Origin: Verrucomicrobiota bacterium
Lineage (GTDB): Bacteria > Verrucomicrobiota > Verrucomicrobiia > Limisphaerales > SXQI01
Direction of reading: 5' to 3'
Length of the DNA: 62,765 nucleotides
Assembly: GCA_033762115.1 (NCBI GenBank)
Contig: JANRLX010000050.1
Coordinates: 1-62,765, forward strand
Shown here: piece by piece, positions 39,739 to 54,408 of the stretch
Numbering within the stretch: position 1 is the first letter of the stretch
How the letters are laid out: each line of letters opens with the position of its first letter
The notes under the pieces: model-generated
Database searches by the model: none
Told to the model about the DNA's origin: nothing
What the model saw: the letters and a program-made list of their open reading frames with translations, nothing else
Translations under genes and position numbers: made by a program

Positions 39739-40704
39739 ATGCGAATTCTTTCAGGCATTCAACCGTCCGGCGCGCTGCACCTGGGCAATTATTTCGGGAT
39801 GATGAAGCCCGCAATTGAATTGCAGGAGCAGGGAGAAGCGTACTATTTCATAGCCAATTATCATTCAATGACGTCGTTGTTTGATGCCGGGCAACGTCGT
39901 CGCAATACCCAGGATGTGGCGCTGGATTTTTTGGCCTGCGGCCTCGACCCTCAAAAGTCGGTTTTTTTCCGGCAAAGCGATGTGCCGGAAGTCTGCGAGC
40001 TTTCCTGGCTTTTGACCACCCTGACCCCGATGGGATTGCTTGAGCGTTGCCATAGTTATAAGGATAAACTGGCGCACGGCATTTCTCCCAACCACGGGTT
40101 GTTTGCCTACCCGGTCTTAATGGCTGCCGACATTTTGATTTATGATTCGAACGTGGTGCCTGTGGGAAGGGACCAAAAGCAGCATGTTGAAGTCACTCGG
40201 GACATCGCCATCAAGTTCAACCAGACTTACGGGGAAACGTTTGTCCTGCCAGAGCCGCAAATCCGGGAGTCGGTCGCAGTGGTTCCAGGGATCGACGGGA
40301 AAAAAATGAGTAAAAGTTACGGGAACACGATTGAAATTTTCGGGGAGGAAAAAGCCACTCGAAAGCGGATCATGGGCCTGGTCATGGACAGCCGTACTCC
40401 TGCCGAACCGAAGCCTGATGCCGACCAGAATATTGCCATTCAACTGCTCAAGCTGGTGGCACCTGTTGAAGCAGCAACTGATTTCGAGACTCGCCTGCGA
40501 AATGGAGGACTGGGTTATGGCGACCTGAAAAAGGGATTATTCGAGGCTTATTGGAACTACTTTGAGCAGGCCCGGAAAAAACGGGCTGAGCTTGCCTCAA
40601 ATCTGGACTACGTCGAGACAGTGCTCAAGCAGGGAGCTGACCGCGCCCGGAGTGCAGCCGCCCCTGTCCTGGCACGAGCACGCAAAGCAGCTGGGATTGA
40701 CTGA
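39739..40704 (+). CDS. trpS: Tryptophan--tRNA ligase
   Basis: SGIQPSG, HLGN, YPVLMAADIL, DQKQH, KMSKS. Confidence 0.97.
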   Translation: MRILSGIQPSGALHLGNYFGMMKPAIELQEQGEAYYFIANYHSMTSLFDAGQRRRNTQDVALDFLACGLDPQKSVFFRQSDVPEVCELSWLLTTLTPMGLLERCHSYKDKLAHGISPNHGLFAYPVLMAADILIYDSNVVPVGRDQKQHVEVTRDIAIKFNQTYGETFVLPEPQIRESVAVVPGIDGKKMSKSYGNTIEIFGEEKATRKRIMGLVMDSRTPAEPKPDADQNIAIQLLKLVAPVEAATDFETRLRNGGLGYGDLKKGLFEAYWNYFEQARKKRAELASNLDYVETVLKQGADRARSAAAPVLARARKAAGID

Positions 40705-40820
40705 AATTTTTGGCGGAACTGTTCTGTTCACGCACACGGGACTCTGTTTTTGAGACAAAAAAATCGTGCCGGTGGGGCTTTGTAAAATTCAGGGTTCGAT
40801 TCGGCGTCGAGAAATTGGTG

Positions 40821-40836
40821 TGGCATGCCGGTAGCT
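40821..40836 (+). promoter_or_regulatory. Possible sigma54 promoter of the GH43 gene
   Basis: TGGCATGCCGGTAGCT, GG-N10-GC spacing. Confidence 0.4.
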
Positions 40837-40838
40837 TA

Positions 40839-41879
40839 ATGGGTTTTGTGAACGAAAGTTTAGCGTCCATTGCAACCCGGTCTGATGCGAGCCTTATCCA
40901 GCCGGGGCGATTGTTTCCTTCGAAACAGTCAGAAACTTTTACCAATCCCATTATAGGGATTCCATCAGCTGATCCCTGGATGGTTCAGCACAATGGGTGG
41001 TACTACTACTGCGAAAGCCGAAACCAGGATTCCATTCATATCCGGAAATCCCAAACGTTAACCGAAATCGGCAATGATGAAGGGGTGCAGGTCTGGACTT
41101 CCCCGGTTTTTGGGCCGAACAGCAAGGCGGTCTGGGCTCCTGAGTTACATTTCATTAATAATAAATGGTACATTTATTATGCGGCGGATGATGGGCTGAA
41201 TGAAAATCACCGGATGTGGGTCCTGGAATCGGTGACTGAAGATCCACAAGGCGCTTATCGTTGCCGTGGGATGCTGGAAACGGATGGGTGGGCAATCGAT
41301 GGCACAATTTTAAATCACCAGGGAGAACTTTATTTCATTTGGTCGGGCTGGCCCGGAGCAAGCAATGGAAAACAGAATTTGTACATTGCTTCCATGAGCA
41401 ACCCCTACACTCTTGCCGGTCCCAGAAAATTGCTGGCCAGTCCCACCCTGGATTGGGAAATGGTTGAAATGCCCATTTGTGAAGGGCCGCAGATTTTGCA
41501 ACGAAACGGGAAAACATTCCTGATTTATTCCGCCAGCGGAAGTTGGTGTGAGGATTACTGCCTTGGAATGTTATTTCTCAAGGGTGCCTCTCCCTTGGAC
41601 CCCGGCTCATGGGAAAAAATCCTTACTCCTGTCATGCGCAAACATGGAAACGTGCATGGGGTGGGTCACTGCTCCTTTGTGCTTTCCCAGGATGGCAGGG
41701 AAGACTGGATTATTTACCATACCAAAACCAAGCGTGCTCATGGCTGGAATGATCGCCGTGTTCATGCCCAACGATTTACCTGGACCGAAGAGGGACTTCC
41801 ACATTTTGGAGTCCCGGTTCTTCCTGGCTATGCCTCGCCAATTCCCTCGGGCGCGGCAGTTCCGCTGGTCTCAGCCTGA
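40839..41879 (+). CDS. GH43 glycoside hydrolase (arabinofuranosidase-like)
   Basis: ADPW, WAPE, WAIDGT, EGP, GH.SF; start could be GTG 40848. Confidence 0.92.
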   Translation: MGFVNESLASIATRSDASLIQPGRLFPSKQSETFTNPIIGIPSADPWMVQHNGWYYYCESRNQDSIHIRKSQTLTEIGNDEGVQVWTSPVFGPNSKAVWAPELHFINNKWYIYYAADDGLNENHRMWVLESVTEDPQGAYRCRGMLETDGWAIDGTILNHQGELYFIWSGWPGASNGKQNLYIASMSNPYTLAGPRKLLASPTLDWEMVEMPICEGPQILQRNGKTFLIYSASGSWCEDYCLGMLFLKGASPLDPGSWEKILTPVMRKHGNVHGVGHCSFVLSQDGREDWIIYHTKTKRAHGWNDRRVHAQRFTWTEEGLPHFGVPVLPGYASPIPSGAAVPLVSA

Positions 41880-42014
41880 CTTCTTTCAGTAACCATAACT
41901 GCCTTCACCAAGCTCACAGCTGATCAGATCGGCTGTGAGCTTTCCTTTTCCCCCCGAAGCTTCTTTAAGGGCCTTTCCGGTTGGTTAATGTTAGATTCGG
42001 GCTTAGGTTGGATC

Positions 42015-42395
42015 ATGAAGGAAGCGAAAGATTTTAATGTGGAAGGCGTGCGGAAACTGGCCCGGAACCTGGAAAGGGAGGAGCCGCGCAGTTCCGAGGA
42101 GAAACTGGGTGGGTTCAGGATCGCAGCGAGGACGCTTGATAAATGCCGTGCCACCCTGGTGCAGCAGCAGGGAGATTATATGTTTGGCTGCCCGATGGAC
42201 CGACAATTTTTCCGGGAAAGCGGAATTAACCAGCAGGAATTTGAAAATCTGGTGGCTACGGGCGCTTCGGATGAAGAAGTTTCAAAGTGGATTGAGGAGC
42301 ATGCGGCATCCCGCCGACAGCCTCGTGGTTCAGAAAAGCAACCTGAGGTTGGCCTGAAGGAGGATTACTCGATTCTAGATCGGCAACGCAACTAA
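42015..42395 (+). CDS. DUF5069-like protein
   Basis: PRS...LGG...AR.LDKCRA...Y.FGCPMD..FF pattern recalled for DUF5069. Confidence 0.7.
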   Translation: MKEAKDFNVEGVRKLARNLEREEPRSSEEKLGGFRIAARTLDKCRATLVQQQGDYMFGCPMDRQFFRESGINQQEFENLVATGASDEEVSKWIEEHAASRRQPRGSEKQPEVGLKEDYSILDRQRN

Positions 42396-42396
42396 C

Positions 42397-42588
42397 ATGA
42401 AGGTGCGATTCAAGGATGGCCAGGAACTTTCGGTCAATTCACTGGAAGAAGCCCGTTCGTCTATTCTCGCGAGGTTCCCGACCGCCCATTTGGAAATGTT
42501 TCCGGATCGAGGAGTGGCCTGGCCTGCAATGGAGGATTCGGTGGATGATGACGGATCGAAAGCTGTCGCCCAGATCAATCTTCGGTAA
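42397..42588 (+). CDS. Small hypothetical protein (63 aa)
   Basis: ATG 1 nt after the upstream stop; acidic DDDG.KAVA end. Confidence 0.6.
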   Translation: MKVRFKDGQELSVNSLEEARSSILARFPTAHLEMFPDRGVAWPAMEDSVDDDGSKAVAQINLR

Positions 42589-42976
42589 GAGTTGATTGCT
42601 CTTCCAGCACTGCTTCCACCAGGGCAAGCATCTCGTCCTTGAGAAAAGGTTTTGTCAAAGTGCGGGTAGCCCCCAGCTTTGTTGCAAGTTTGAGGTAATC
42701 TTCCCCACCGGACCGCCCTCCCCCAGACATGGCGATCACTTTGACACAAGGATAAGCCTGACGAATCTCCCGGATGGTTTCCAGTCCCTCTTTTTCAGGC
42801 ATGACAAGATCAGTAATGACCAAGTCGGGAAAGCTTTTACGATAAAGTTGGAGGCCTTCTGCGCCATCCCTGGCTTCCAGGACTTCATAGCCTTCATGAG
42901 CCAGCACTTTGCCAATCAGATTACGGACGACCTTATCGTCATCGATGATTAAAATTTGGGAACGGCTGACTGACAT
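42575..42976 (-). CDS. Single-domain CheY-like response regulator
   Basis: ILIIDDD, TDLVMP, MSG, TKPF. Confidence 0.93.
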   Translation of the reverse strand: MSVSRSQILIIDDDKVVRNLIGKVLAHEGYEVLEARDGAEGLQLYRKSFPDLVITDLVMPEKEGLETIREIRQAYPCVKVIAMSGGGRSGGEDYLKLATKLGATRTLTKPFLKDEMLALVEAVLEEQSTLTED

Positions 42977-43054
42977 GGTCTCTTATCGACGCTATTGGCT
43001 CTCGTATGAACCAAAATTGCGATAAGTAACCTTAAGCAAGGGTCAGGCCAATCT

Positions 43055-44017
43055 TCAATTCAGTGGAGAAGCTTTCGCTCGTCGTTCCTTCAATTCCTTC
43101 CAGGTCGTCAATATGATCCCGCGATCAGAGATCAGTTTACGAATTTCGGGGTCATTTAACAGGATCGTATCTGACAAACGGGATTGGTGGGCGGGTGTGA
43201 TCAGGCGGAATTCATCCGTTGGAAGGGCTGGATGGAATGCAATCTGGGTGATGCCCGGTTTCAAGCGGTGAAGAAAAGTGGTGAAACGCTGTTTTTTCTG
43301 GCTTGGTTCCCATTCATAAGAACCGTTATGAGTGTCATCAATGACCGGCAAGCCTGCGTTCCAGAGTTGTGAGGCGAATTTTTTCTGGGTTTCCGCTGCT
43401 GCGGGGTTTTCCTGGCTGGCATGAGTCAGGTGACCTCCGGCGGCGGCGATTGGAATTTTCTTTTCAATGCCGACTTTTACGAGGCGTTCAAAATAATCTG
43501 AACGCGCCAGCAAAGCTCCCATGTGTGAATCCAGGTGGGTGATCGTCATCCCGAGCTTTTCCGCTCGTTCGATCTGAGCGCGAATTTCCAGCTCGACCTC
43601 ATCCGCAGTCGCGCTGTTGGTTACCAGTGGGACTGTCCGCCAAAAGCAGCCTTCTGAATCGACCAGCCCGGGGACAGTGGATTTGCCTGCCAACGGCCCC
43701 CAACGGTACCCTTCCCATTCGGAATTGAAAGTGAGGTGAACGCCTGTGTCGAGATTGGGACGATCTTTGAGCTGCTTTGCAAACGCCGGCACCCAGGGGC
43801 AAGGCATCATGATCCCGAAGGAAGTGGCGACGCCTTTTTCGAGCACCTCAAGCACCCCTCGATTTGCGGCATGGGCCATTCCTGCATCCTCCGCATGGAT
43901 GATGATCACCATGTCATCGGCCTGCCAGCCGAGCCGTTCTGCAAAGGTCATCTCAGCCGCCATGATTCTGGAGGGCAGCAACAATACAAATAGCGCAACC
44001 AAAATTCTCAACCCCAT
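43055..44017 (-). CDS. YdjC/ChbG-family carbohydrate deacetylase, secreted
   Basis: HAEDAG, GVHLT, HLDSHMG, HP motifs; signal peptide at the trimmed start. Confidence 0.85.
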   Translation of the reverse strand: MGLRILVALFVLLLPSRIMAAEMTFAERLGWQADDMVIIIHAEDAGMAHAANRGVLEVLEKGVATSFGIMMPCPWVPAFAKQLKDRPNLDTGVHLTFNSEWEGYRWGPLAGKSTVPGLVDSEGCFWRTVPLVTNSATADEVELEIRAQIERAEKLGMTITHLDSHMGALLARSDYFERLVKVGIEKKIPIAAAGGHLTHASQENPAAAETQKKFASQLWNAGLPVIDDTHNGSYEWEPSQKKQRFTTFLHRLKPGITQIAFHPALPTDEFRLITPAHQSRLSDTILLNDPEIRKLISDRGIILTTWKELKERRAKASPLN

Positions 44018-44139
44018 GACCCCATGCAACGAGTCATTTGGGGAAAGGGCAAGCGTGAATTTCATTTGCATACAAGAAATCGGCTTTCTGTAAATGACCG
44101 GATCAGACATCGTAATCAAGTATTCGTCTGCAATGGCGC

Positions 44140-45297
44140 ATGAGCAAGTCCCTGACGATTGTTTGCCCGGTCTTTCCTCCGGAACGAGGTGGACTGGCTG
44201 ATCATACCGAAAAGCTCTCGTCAATTTTGTCTTCGCATTTTGAAGTCACGGTCCTTACAAGTGCAAGCTGGGCTGGAAAATCTGACTCTGTGGTTCAACC
44301 CAAAATTCAAAGATGGGGGTCGGTCACGCAGTTGACCGAGGCGCTTCACAGAACCAAAGGTCCGATCCTGTGGCAATATGTTCCTCACCTGTACGGACGG
44401 GGAGGAGTGAATCTGGCTTTGCCTGTCGTGATGCAAACGATGCGTTCACGAGGGCAGATTGTCCTGGCCCATGAGATTGCCGCTCCGTACTCATTGTGGC
44501 CTCATCGGTTCTGGTACGCATTTGCGCAACGATTGCAGTGGAAGCGGCTGATTGGAGCTGTGGACGTTGTGGGGATTTCAACTGAACGATGGCTGTTTGG
44601 TTGGAATCAAAAGGAAAAGGGGCTGGCTGAAAAGTCGTTCCTTGCTCCATCCCCATCAAATATCTTTCCGACTACTCTGCGTGACGCAGGATGTGCGTGG
44701 CGTCAAAGGAATGGCGTCGCTGCGGATGTGCCTGTGGTGGGATTTTTCGGGACCATCAGCGCGCCCAAACGTTTCGACTGGGTGGTGGAGGCTTGGCGAT
44801 CTATTCGTGTGAAATTTCCAAACGCAATCGCGGCAATAGTCGGCGACCAACCTTCAGGACATTTCTCTGCCGTGGAGAAAGCTCATGTTCGAATGCTCGG
44901 CCATCAAAATGAAGCTCAAGTTTCTGCGATGCTTTATGCTGTTGATCTCCTCCTTCTGCCATTCATTGATGGAGTTTCAGAACGAAGAGGGAGCTTCATG
45001 GCGGGGCTCGCCCATGGCTGCCCTGTTTTGACAACAACCGGCGAATCAACCGGGCCGACGTTAAGGAATTCTGATGCGTTTTCGGTGGCCAATCAAAAAG
45101 GTGAATTCGCGGAGAAAGCCCGGCGATTGATCAGCAACAGCGTTGAGCGAAGGGAGACAGCGCTTAAAGGACAGAAATTGTACGAAGAACGGTATGATTG
45201 GCCTGTGTTAAAAAGTAATCTGGAAACGCAGCTGAAAAAAATCTGCCAGTTGCAATCGTCCCCTTTTGAACACCTTTATCTGAAACGACTCAAATAA
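44140..45297 (+). CDS. GT4-like glycosyltransferase
   Basis: GGLAD, AHE, FFG.I...K, DGVSERRGS..AGLAHG.P. Confidence 0.85.
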   Translation: MSKSLTIVCPVFPPERGGLADHTEKLSSILSSHFEVTVLTSASWAGKSDSVVQPKIQRWGSVTQLTEALHRTKGPILWQYVPHLYGRGGVNLALPVVMQTMRSRGQIVLAHEIAAPYSLWPHRFWYAFAQRLQWKRLIGAVDVVGISTERWLFGWNQKEKGLAEKSFLAPSPSNIFPTTLRDAGCAWRQRNGVAADVPVVGFFGTISAPKRFDWVVEAWRSIRVKFPNAIAAIVGDQPSGHFSAVEKAHVRMLGHQNEAQVSAMLYAVDLLLLPFIDGVSERRGSFMAGLAHGCPVLTTTGESTGPTLRNSDAFSVANQKGEFAEKARRLISNSVERRETALKGQKLYEERYDWPVLKSNLETQLKKICQLQSSPFEHLYLKRLK

Positions 45298-45300
45298 AGA

Positions 45301-49886
<4,586 letters not shown>

Positions 49887-49890
<4 letters not shown>

Positions 49891-50810
49891 TGGAAGCCCT
49901 GGTTGATGATTTCATGGTTCATCTAAAGAGTGAGCGGGGACAATCCTCAAACACCCAAAAAACCTACGCGGCCCTGCTCAAACGATTTGTCCGCTGGGCG
50001 GAAAAAGAGGGAATCAAATCATGGGATGCAGTCACCCTGCAGAACCTCACCGCCTTTCTTTTGTCAGAACAGGAGAGGAAACTGGAAAACCGCGCGAAAA
50101 CCAAACAGCAAAAACTGAGCGCCAGTTCACTTTACCTGAGCATTTCCGCGCTGCGCGCTTTTTATAAATATTGCGAAAACGAAAAACTTCTTCCCCGGAA
50201 TGTTGCTGAACATTTGAGCCTGCCCCGGCGATGGCAACGTGTTCCAAAGGCGTTGACCGGGGAGGAAATCAGGCGACTGCTTCAACCGATTCTTCCAGAA
50301 ACTCCCTCCTCCCTGTGTGACCAGGCGATTTTTGAAATTGCCTATGCCTCCGGTTTGCGCCTGGCTGAGTTGCGAACCATTCGTCTGGAACAGCTCCACC
50401 TGGATGCAGGATTCATCAATGTCATCGGAAAGGGAAACAAGGAACGTGTGGTGCCGATTGGCCGGGAGGCAATTGCTGCGATTGAGCGGTATCTTGCCGC
50501 GGCGCGCCCAAAGCTGGTCAATCCACGCTCACCGTCCGTGCTGTTTCTGACGAGTCGCGGGAAGCCTTTTGCCGCGCAGACACTCTGGTGGAGGATCAAG
50601 CAGCGTGTGAGATTCGCAGGAATCGAGCATAATGTGACCCCGCACATGCTTCGGCATAGTTTCGCGACTCACCTGCTGGAGAATGGCGCGGATTTACGGG
50701 TCATCCAGGAAATGCTGGGACACTCGAGCATCAGCACGACTGAGCTTTACACCCATGTGTCAGGAAAACGGTTGCGGGAAGTCCACCGCAAGCATCATCC
50801 ACGGGCCTGA
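49887..50810 (+). CDS. xerD: Tyrosine recombinase XerD/XerC
   Basis: YASGLR..E, GKGNKER, HMLRHSFATH, LGH, catalytic Y in LYTHV. Confidence 0.85.
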
Positions 50811-50816
50811 ATGTAA

Positions 50817-51998
50817 TCAACGGTCCCGATCCAGGGTTTTGTTCATGCCCACGCTGCTGGAACGTTTGGCAATTTTTCGGCTGGTCGTGATTTTTGTCAC
50901 GGTGCCGGTGCTGAGGTAACGGTCCCGAATTTGGCTGAGGAGTTGATCCCGCCGATCGTAGAGGCGTTTTAAGCGGCGCGGTTTGGTTCGGCTCAGGCAG
51001 TATGCAGTCAACAGAGGCAATGCGACCGTGGAATCCACGTAGGCGACGACGCAGTCGGGAAGATTGTCCGGATCGACTTTACCCCAGCTGACAGCCTCGG
51101 CGGGTGTGGCTCCGCTAAGTCCGCCTGTGTCAGGACGGGCATCGGTGCATTGAAGAAAATAATCATGCCCTTTTTCTGCAATGCCCATGACCTCCTGAAT
51201 CTGCGGTTCAGTTTGAAGCATGAAATTCTTTGGAGAACCACCGCCCAAAATGAAAACGGATGAGGTGTGCCCGGTCGATTTGGCTTCGTAGACGATGGCT
51301 GCGGTCTGGTTGACATCGCGGTTCACGTCAGGCAGGAGTTTGGAATCACGCAGCGACATGGCGGCGACATTCATTCCAATGGAACTGTCCCCTGGGCTGC
51401 TGGTGAAAATCGGGATGCCGCATTCATAAGCTGTCGCCAGGACTGAGCTGTCCTGCAATTTCAATTTCCGACCTCGCTCAGAAACATATTTTCCGAGCAG
51501 GTGATGAAATTCATCGGTGCCCATGGTGCGCTGGAACTCAGGCCCTTGAATCACCTCCCGAACAAACGCATCAGTGTCCAGCAGCACATTGTAATCGAAA
51601 AGAATATCGTAGATGCGAATGACACCGTCGCGATGGAGATCAATGTCATTCAAAAATGGTGACCCGGCGTAGAGCTTCATGTTCAGGCCGTAATGCAGGT
51701 CATGATAAAGGTTGGCCCCCGTTGAAATAATCCAATCAACAAAGCCGGCTTTCATCAATGGAATGAGGCAGGATTTACCCAGCCCTGCAGGGGTCAACGC
51801 CCCGGTCAGGCTCATGCCAATGAAACCGTTTTTTGGCAGCATTTTCTGGGTGAGGAGATGGGCCGCCTCCCGCAAACGTCCTCCATTGTAGGCAAGAAAC
51901 GTTTCGTCAATGAGATCAGCTGCTGAAATATCCTTGCCGATGCCCAACGGGTTTAACCGTGGATAAGCTGCGAATTTACCTTCTCCTTGTTTACGCAT
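50817..51998 (-). CDS. Deoxyhypusine synthase-like protein (probable homospermidine/polyamine synthesis)
   Basis: [35 protein letters not shown]. Confidence 0.88.
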   Translation of the reverse strand: MRKQGEGKFAAYPRLNPLGIGKDISAADLIDETFLAYNGGRLREAAHLLTQKMLPKNGFIGMSLTGALTPAGLGKSCLIPLMKAGFVDWIISTGANLYHDLHYGLNMKLYAGSPFLNDIDLHRDGVIRIYDILFDYNVLLDTDAFVREVIQGPEFQRTMGTDEFHHLLGKYVSERGRKLKLQDSSVLATAYECGIPIFTSSPGDSSIGMNVAAMSLRDSKLLPDVNRDVNQTAAIVYEAKSTGHTSSVFILGGGSPKNFMLQTEPQIQEVMGIAEKGHDYFLQCTDARPDTGGLSGATPAEAVSWGKVDPDNLPDCVVAYVDSTVALPLLTAYCLSRTKPRRLKRLYDRRDQLLSQIRDRYLSTGTVTKITTSRKIAKRSSSVGMNKTLDRDR

Positions 51999-52061
51999 CC
52001 TGAAAGTGTTCCTAAACCACTTCCAGACGCAATCGAATTTTCTGAAACTTTCGTTTCCTGA

Positions 52062-53087
52062 TCAATCCAGTGCCACGACGCGATAAAACCGCATGGTCCC
52101 GGCGTTAATCGTTGAATCCACAAGAGTCACCCGATCTCCGAGCGCGACCACCTGACCAGGGATGCGGAACCAATTGCCGGTTGTCAGATCATCAGAATAT
52201 TCGAGGACGTAAGTTTTACCCGATACCGCCGGGCTGGTGATGACAGTTTCGTTCCCTGCCAAAAGGACGTGGTTGCCCAATTCAACGATTCGATAAAATC
52301 GTGCAGGATTCGAGGGTGCGACAGTATCAAAAAATTCAACCACTGCATTGGTCGCTTGCAGGGAGACTGGTTGTCTTTCCCAGATGCCGCTGTTCAGATC
52401 ACTGGAAAATTCCAGGGCATAGCGCTTTCCGGTTGTGACGGAGGCGGTCACTTTCGCCTGCCCCGCCGTGAACGTGATTGAAAGGATTTCAGAAGGCAGC
52501 AGCGGGCCGCTGATGGCGGTCACTTTCGCCGCGAAATTATCCAGCTGATCAGGGGTTTGCTCGACACGCCAGACGCCGTTTTCCCGTTCCCAAAAATCAT
52601 CGCTGCTGCTGCCTGTGGTGGGAGGGCTGTAAAAAAGCAAACCGGCAGCTTCATCAGCGCTGCTGTCAATCCCATAAAACTGAACGGTCCAGGTAAATTC
52701 ATCAGGAACCTGCAGGTTCAGCCCGGAAGCAAAGACAGAATGGAAACCTGCCTCCAGGGAAAACAACCCGCTATCGTAAAATAAGGTCTTTGGAGCTTCG
52801 TAGCCTGGTTTGAATTCCGGGCCATCATTTCGGTAGAAACGAAGCCGGGCGTACTCATCGCCGGAACTGGTGAACCGCGCAAAATATTCGAATCCAAAAT
52901 CGGTAATTATCCGGTTTTCGCCAGTCAAGGTGATCTGGTCACCATATTCAAACGGGCTCGGGCGGAATTGCGCGAGATAATTTTGTGAATTCTCATAAAC
53001 CACCTCGGCCTCGGCTGCCTGGGTGGGAGTTGTGAGAAGGATGCCAATGAACAGGGCAAAAAATGAAGCAGCGCAGGGAAATTTCAT
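52062..53087 (-). CDS. Secreted protein with two tandem C-terminal 'RFYR' domains
   Basis: Signal peptide; two G..Y.LE.S.DL..G.W...D...RFYR repeats. Confidence 0.8.
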   Translation of the reverse strand: MKFPCAASFFALFIGILLTTPTQAAEAEVVYENSQNYLAQFRPSPFEYGDQITLTGENRIITDFGFEYFARFTSSGDEYARLRFYRNDGPEFKPGYEAPKTLFYDSGLFSLEAGFHSVFASGLNLQVPDEFTWTVQFYGIDSSADEAAGLLFYSPPTTGSSSDDFWERENGVWRVEQTPDQLDNFAAKVTAISGPLLPSEILSITFTAGQAKVTASVTTGKRYALEFSSDLNSGIWERQPVSLQATNAVVEFFDTVAPSNPARFYRIVELGNHVLLAGNETVITSPAVSGKTYVLEYSDDLTTGNWFRIPGQVVALGDRVTLVDSTINAGTMRFYRVVALD

Positions 53088-53097
53088 AACAAACCGT

Positions 53098-53124
53098 CTG
53101 ATCCGGTATTATATACCGGATCAG
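53098..53124. promoter_or_regulatory. Perfect inverted repeat (operator candidate) over a TATAAT box
   Basis: CTGATCCGGTAT-tat-ATACCGGATCAG; minus-strand TATAAT at 53108-53113. Confidence 0.6.
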
Positions 53125-53154
53125 TATCGGAATTTCCACCGCTTTTTGAATGGC

Positions 53155-53319
53155 TTAATTATTTTGCTCTCGAACCGCATCGTACTGATTGATGCGATTC
53201 TGGTCATTATGCTCATCGTGGTCAGGAGAATCGTTTTGGCGGGGATTCTGGCCGGGCAGGTTGGTTTTGCCTTCCCTGGGCTGAGTTGCGGATTTCTTTT
53301 TAGGTTCTGCTTTTCTCAT
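53155..53319 (-). CDS. Small hydrophilic hypothetical protein (54 aa)
   Basis: MRKAEPKKK...REQNN; disordered, stress-protein-like composition. Confidence 0.4.
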   Translation of the reverse strand: MRKAEPKKKSATQPREGKTNLPGQNPRQNDSPDHDEHNDQNRINQYDAVREQNN

Positions 53320-53480
53320 GCAAGAAAGTGCGTCAGCGGATTTCCAAAATCCATAGGGCGAATGCCTGAAAAATCGTGAAGGGGTGAGAAGAGATTGCAA
53401 GACAGGGTCAAAAAGCCGTTGCATTTCATTTTTTTTGTGGTAATTGTCCCCTCCCCGTGCTCTTGGGCCGGGATAACTTT

Positions 53481-53636
53481 ATGTCACAGCATCCTAGTTT
53501 ACGCGGTTCAAGTGGCCTTGGTGCCAAGCGCAATGTGCTCAAACGCTTTGAGCGGGTGGAGCTTTTGAAAAAACGTGGTCAGTGGAAAGATGGGGATCGC
53601 GTCAGTGGTCTGCGCAAGACCAAGCCAGAAGCTTAA
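53481..53636 (+). CDS. PVC-superphylum signature small basic protein (51 aa, absent from the ORF track)
   Basis: Translated by hand: MSQHPSLRGSSGLGAKRNVLKRFERVELLKKRGQWKDGDRVSGLRKTKPEA. Confidence 0.9.
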   Translation: MSQHPSLRGSSGLGAKRNVLKRFERVELLKKRGQWKDGDRVSGLRKTKPEA

Positions 53637-53651
53637 TCCTCCTGTCAAAGT

Positions 53652-54368
53652 ATGCTCGTGCGTCTCCAAAAATATCTGGCAGACGCGGGAGTGGCTTCGC
53701 GACGTGCCAGCGAAAAGCTGATCCTTGATGGCCACATCAGTCTCAACGGGCGAGTGGTCCGGGAGCTTGGGACGAAAGTTAATGCAGCGGAGGACCTTGT
53801 GCAGGTGGACGGTGTTGCTGTCAAGGTTCGCAAAAAGCTGTACGTAGCCATTAATAAACCTCCCGGGTATATCTGTTCCCGCAATGATCCGGAAGGACGT
53901 CCGGAGGTGGGGGCCCTTCTTCCCCGGGAATGGGGCAATCTGTATTCGGTAGGCCGACTCGATTACAACAGCGAAGGATTAATCTTCTATACCAATGACG
54001 GTGATTTTTCCCTAAAACTGACTCATCCCCGCTACGGAATTGCCAAGAAATATTGGGTCACGGTGGTTGGGATGGTGACGCAGGAGCAGTTACAACCGTT
54101 GATCAAGGGAATCAAGGAGGAGGGAGAACTGCTCAAGGCGGAATCGGCCCGGATCATCAAGGCCAATCATTCCCGCAGTGTGGTGGAAGTGATCTTGCGT
54201 GAAGGGAAAAACCGGGAGATTCGCCGGTTATTTGCGTTCCTGGGAATTGAGATTGAACGACTTCAACGATTGCAAATTGGAAAAGTCAAACTTGGTGAAC
54301 TACCCAAGGGGCGGTGGAGGACATTGACACAGGCGGAAATAAAATCTTTAATCGCCCCACAAAACTGA
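53652..54368 (+). CDS. rluB: RsuA/RluB-family rRNA pseudouridine synthase
   Basis: RLQKYLA.AGVASRR S4 domain, VGRLDY.SEG, EGKNREIRR. Confidence 0.85.
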   Translation: MLVRLQKYLADAGVASRRASEKLILDGHISLNGRVVRELGTKVNAAEDLVQVDGVAVKVRKKLYVAINKPPGYICSRNDPEGRPEVGALLPREWGNLYSVGRLDYNSEGLIFYTNDGDFSLKLTHPRYGIAKKYWVTVVGMVTQEQLQPLIKGIKEEGELLKAESARIIKANHSRSVVEVILREGKNREIRRLFAFLGIEIERLQRLQIGKVKLGELPKGRWRTLTQAEIKSLIAPQN

Positions 54369-54408
54369 TGGGCTCTTGTTTCGGGACAGGAGCGGGCATG
54401 CTTTGATA

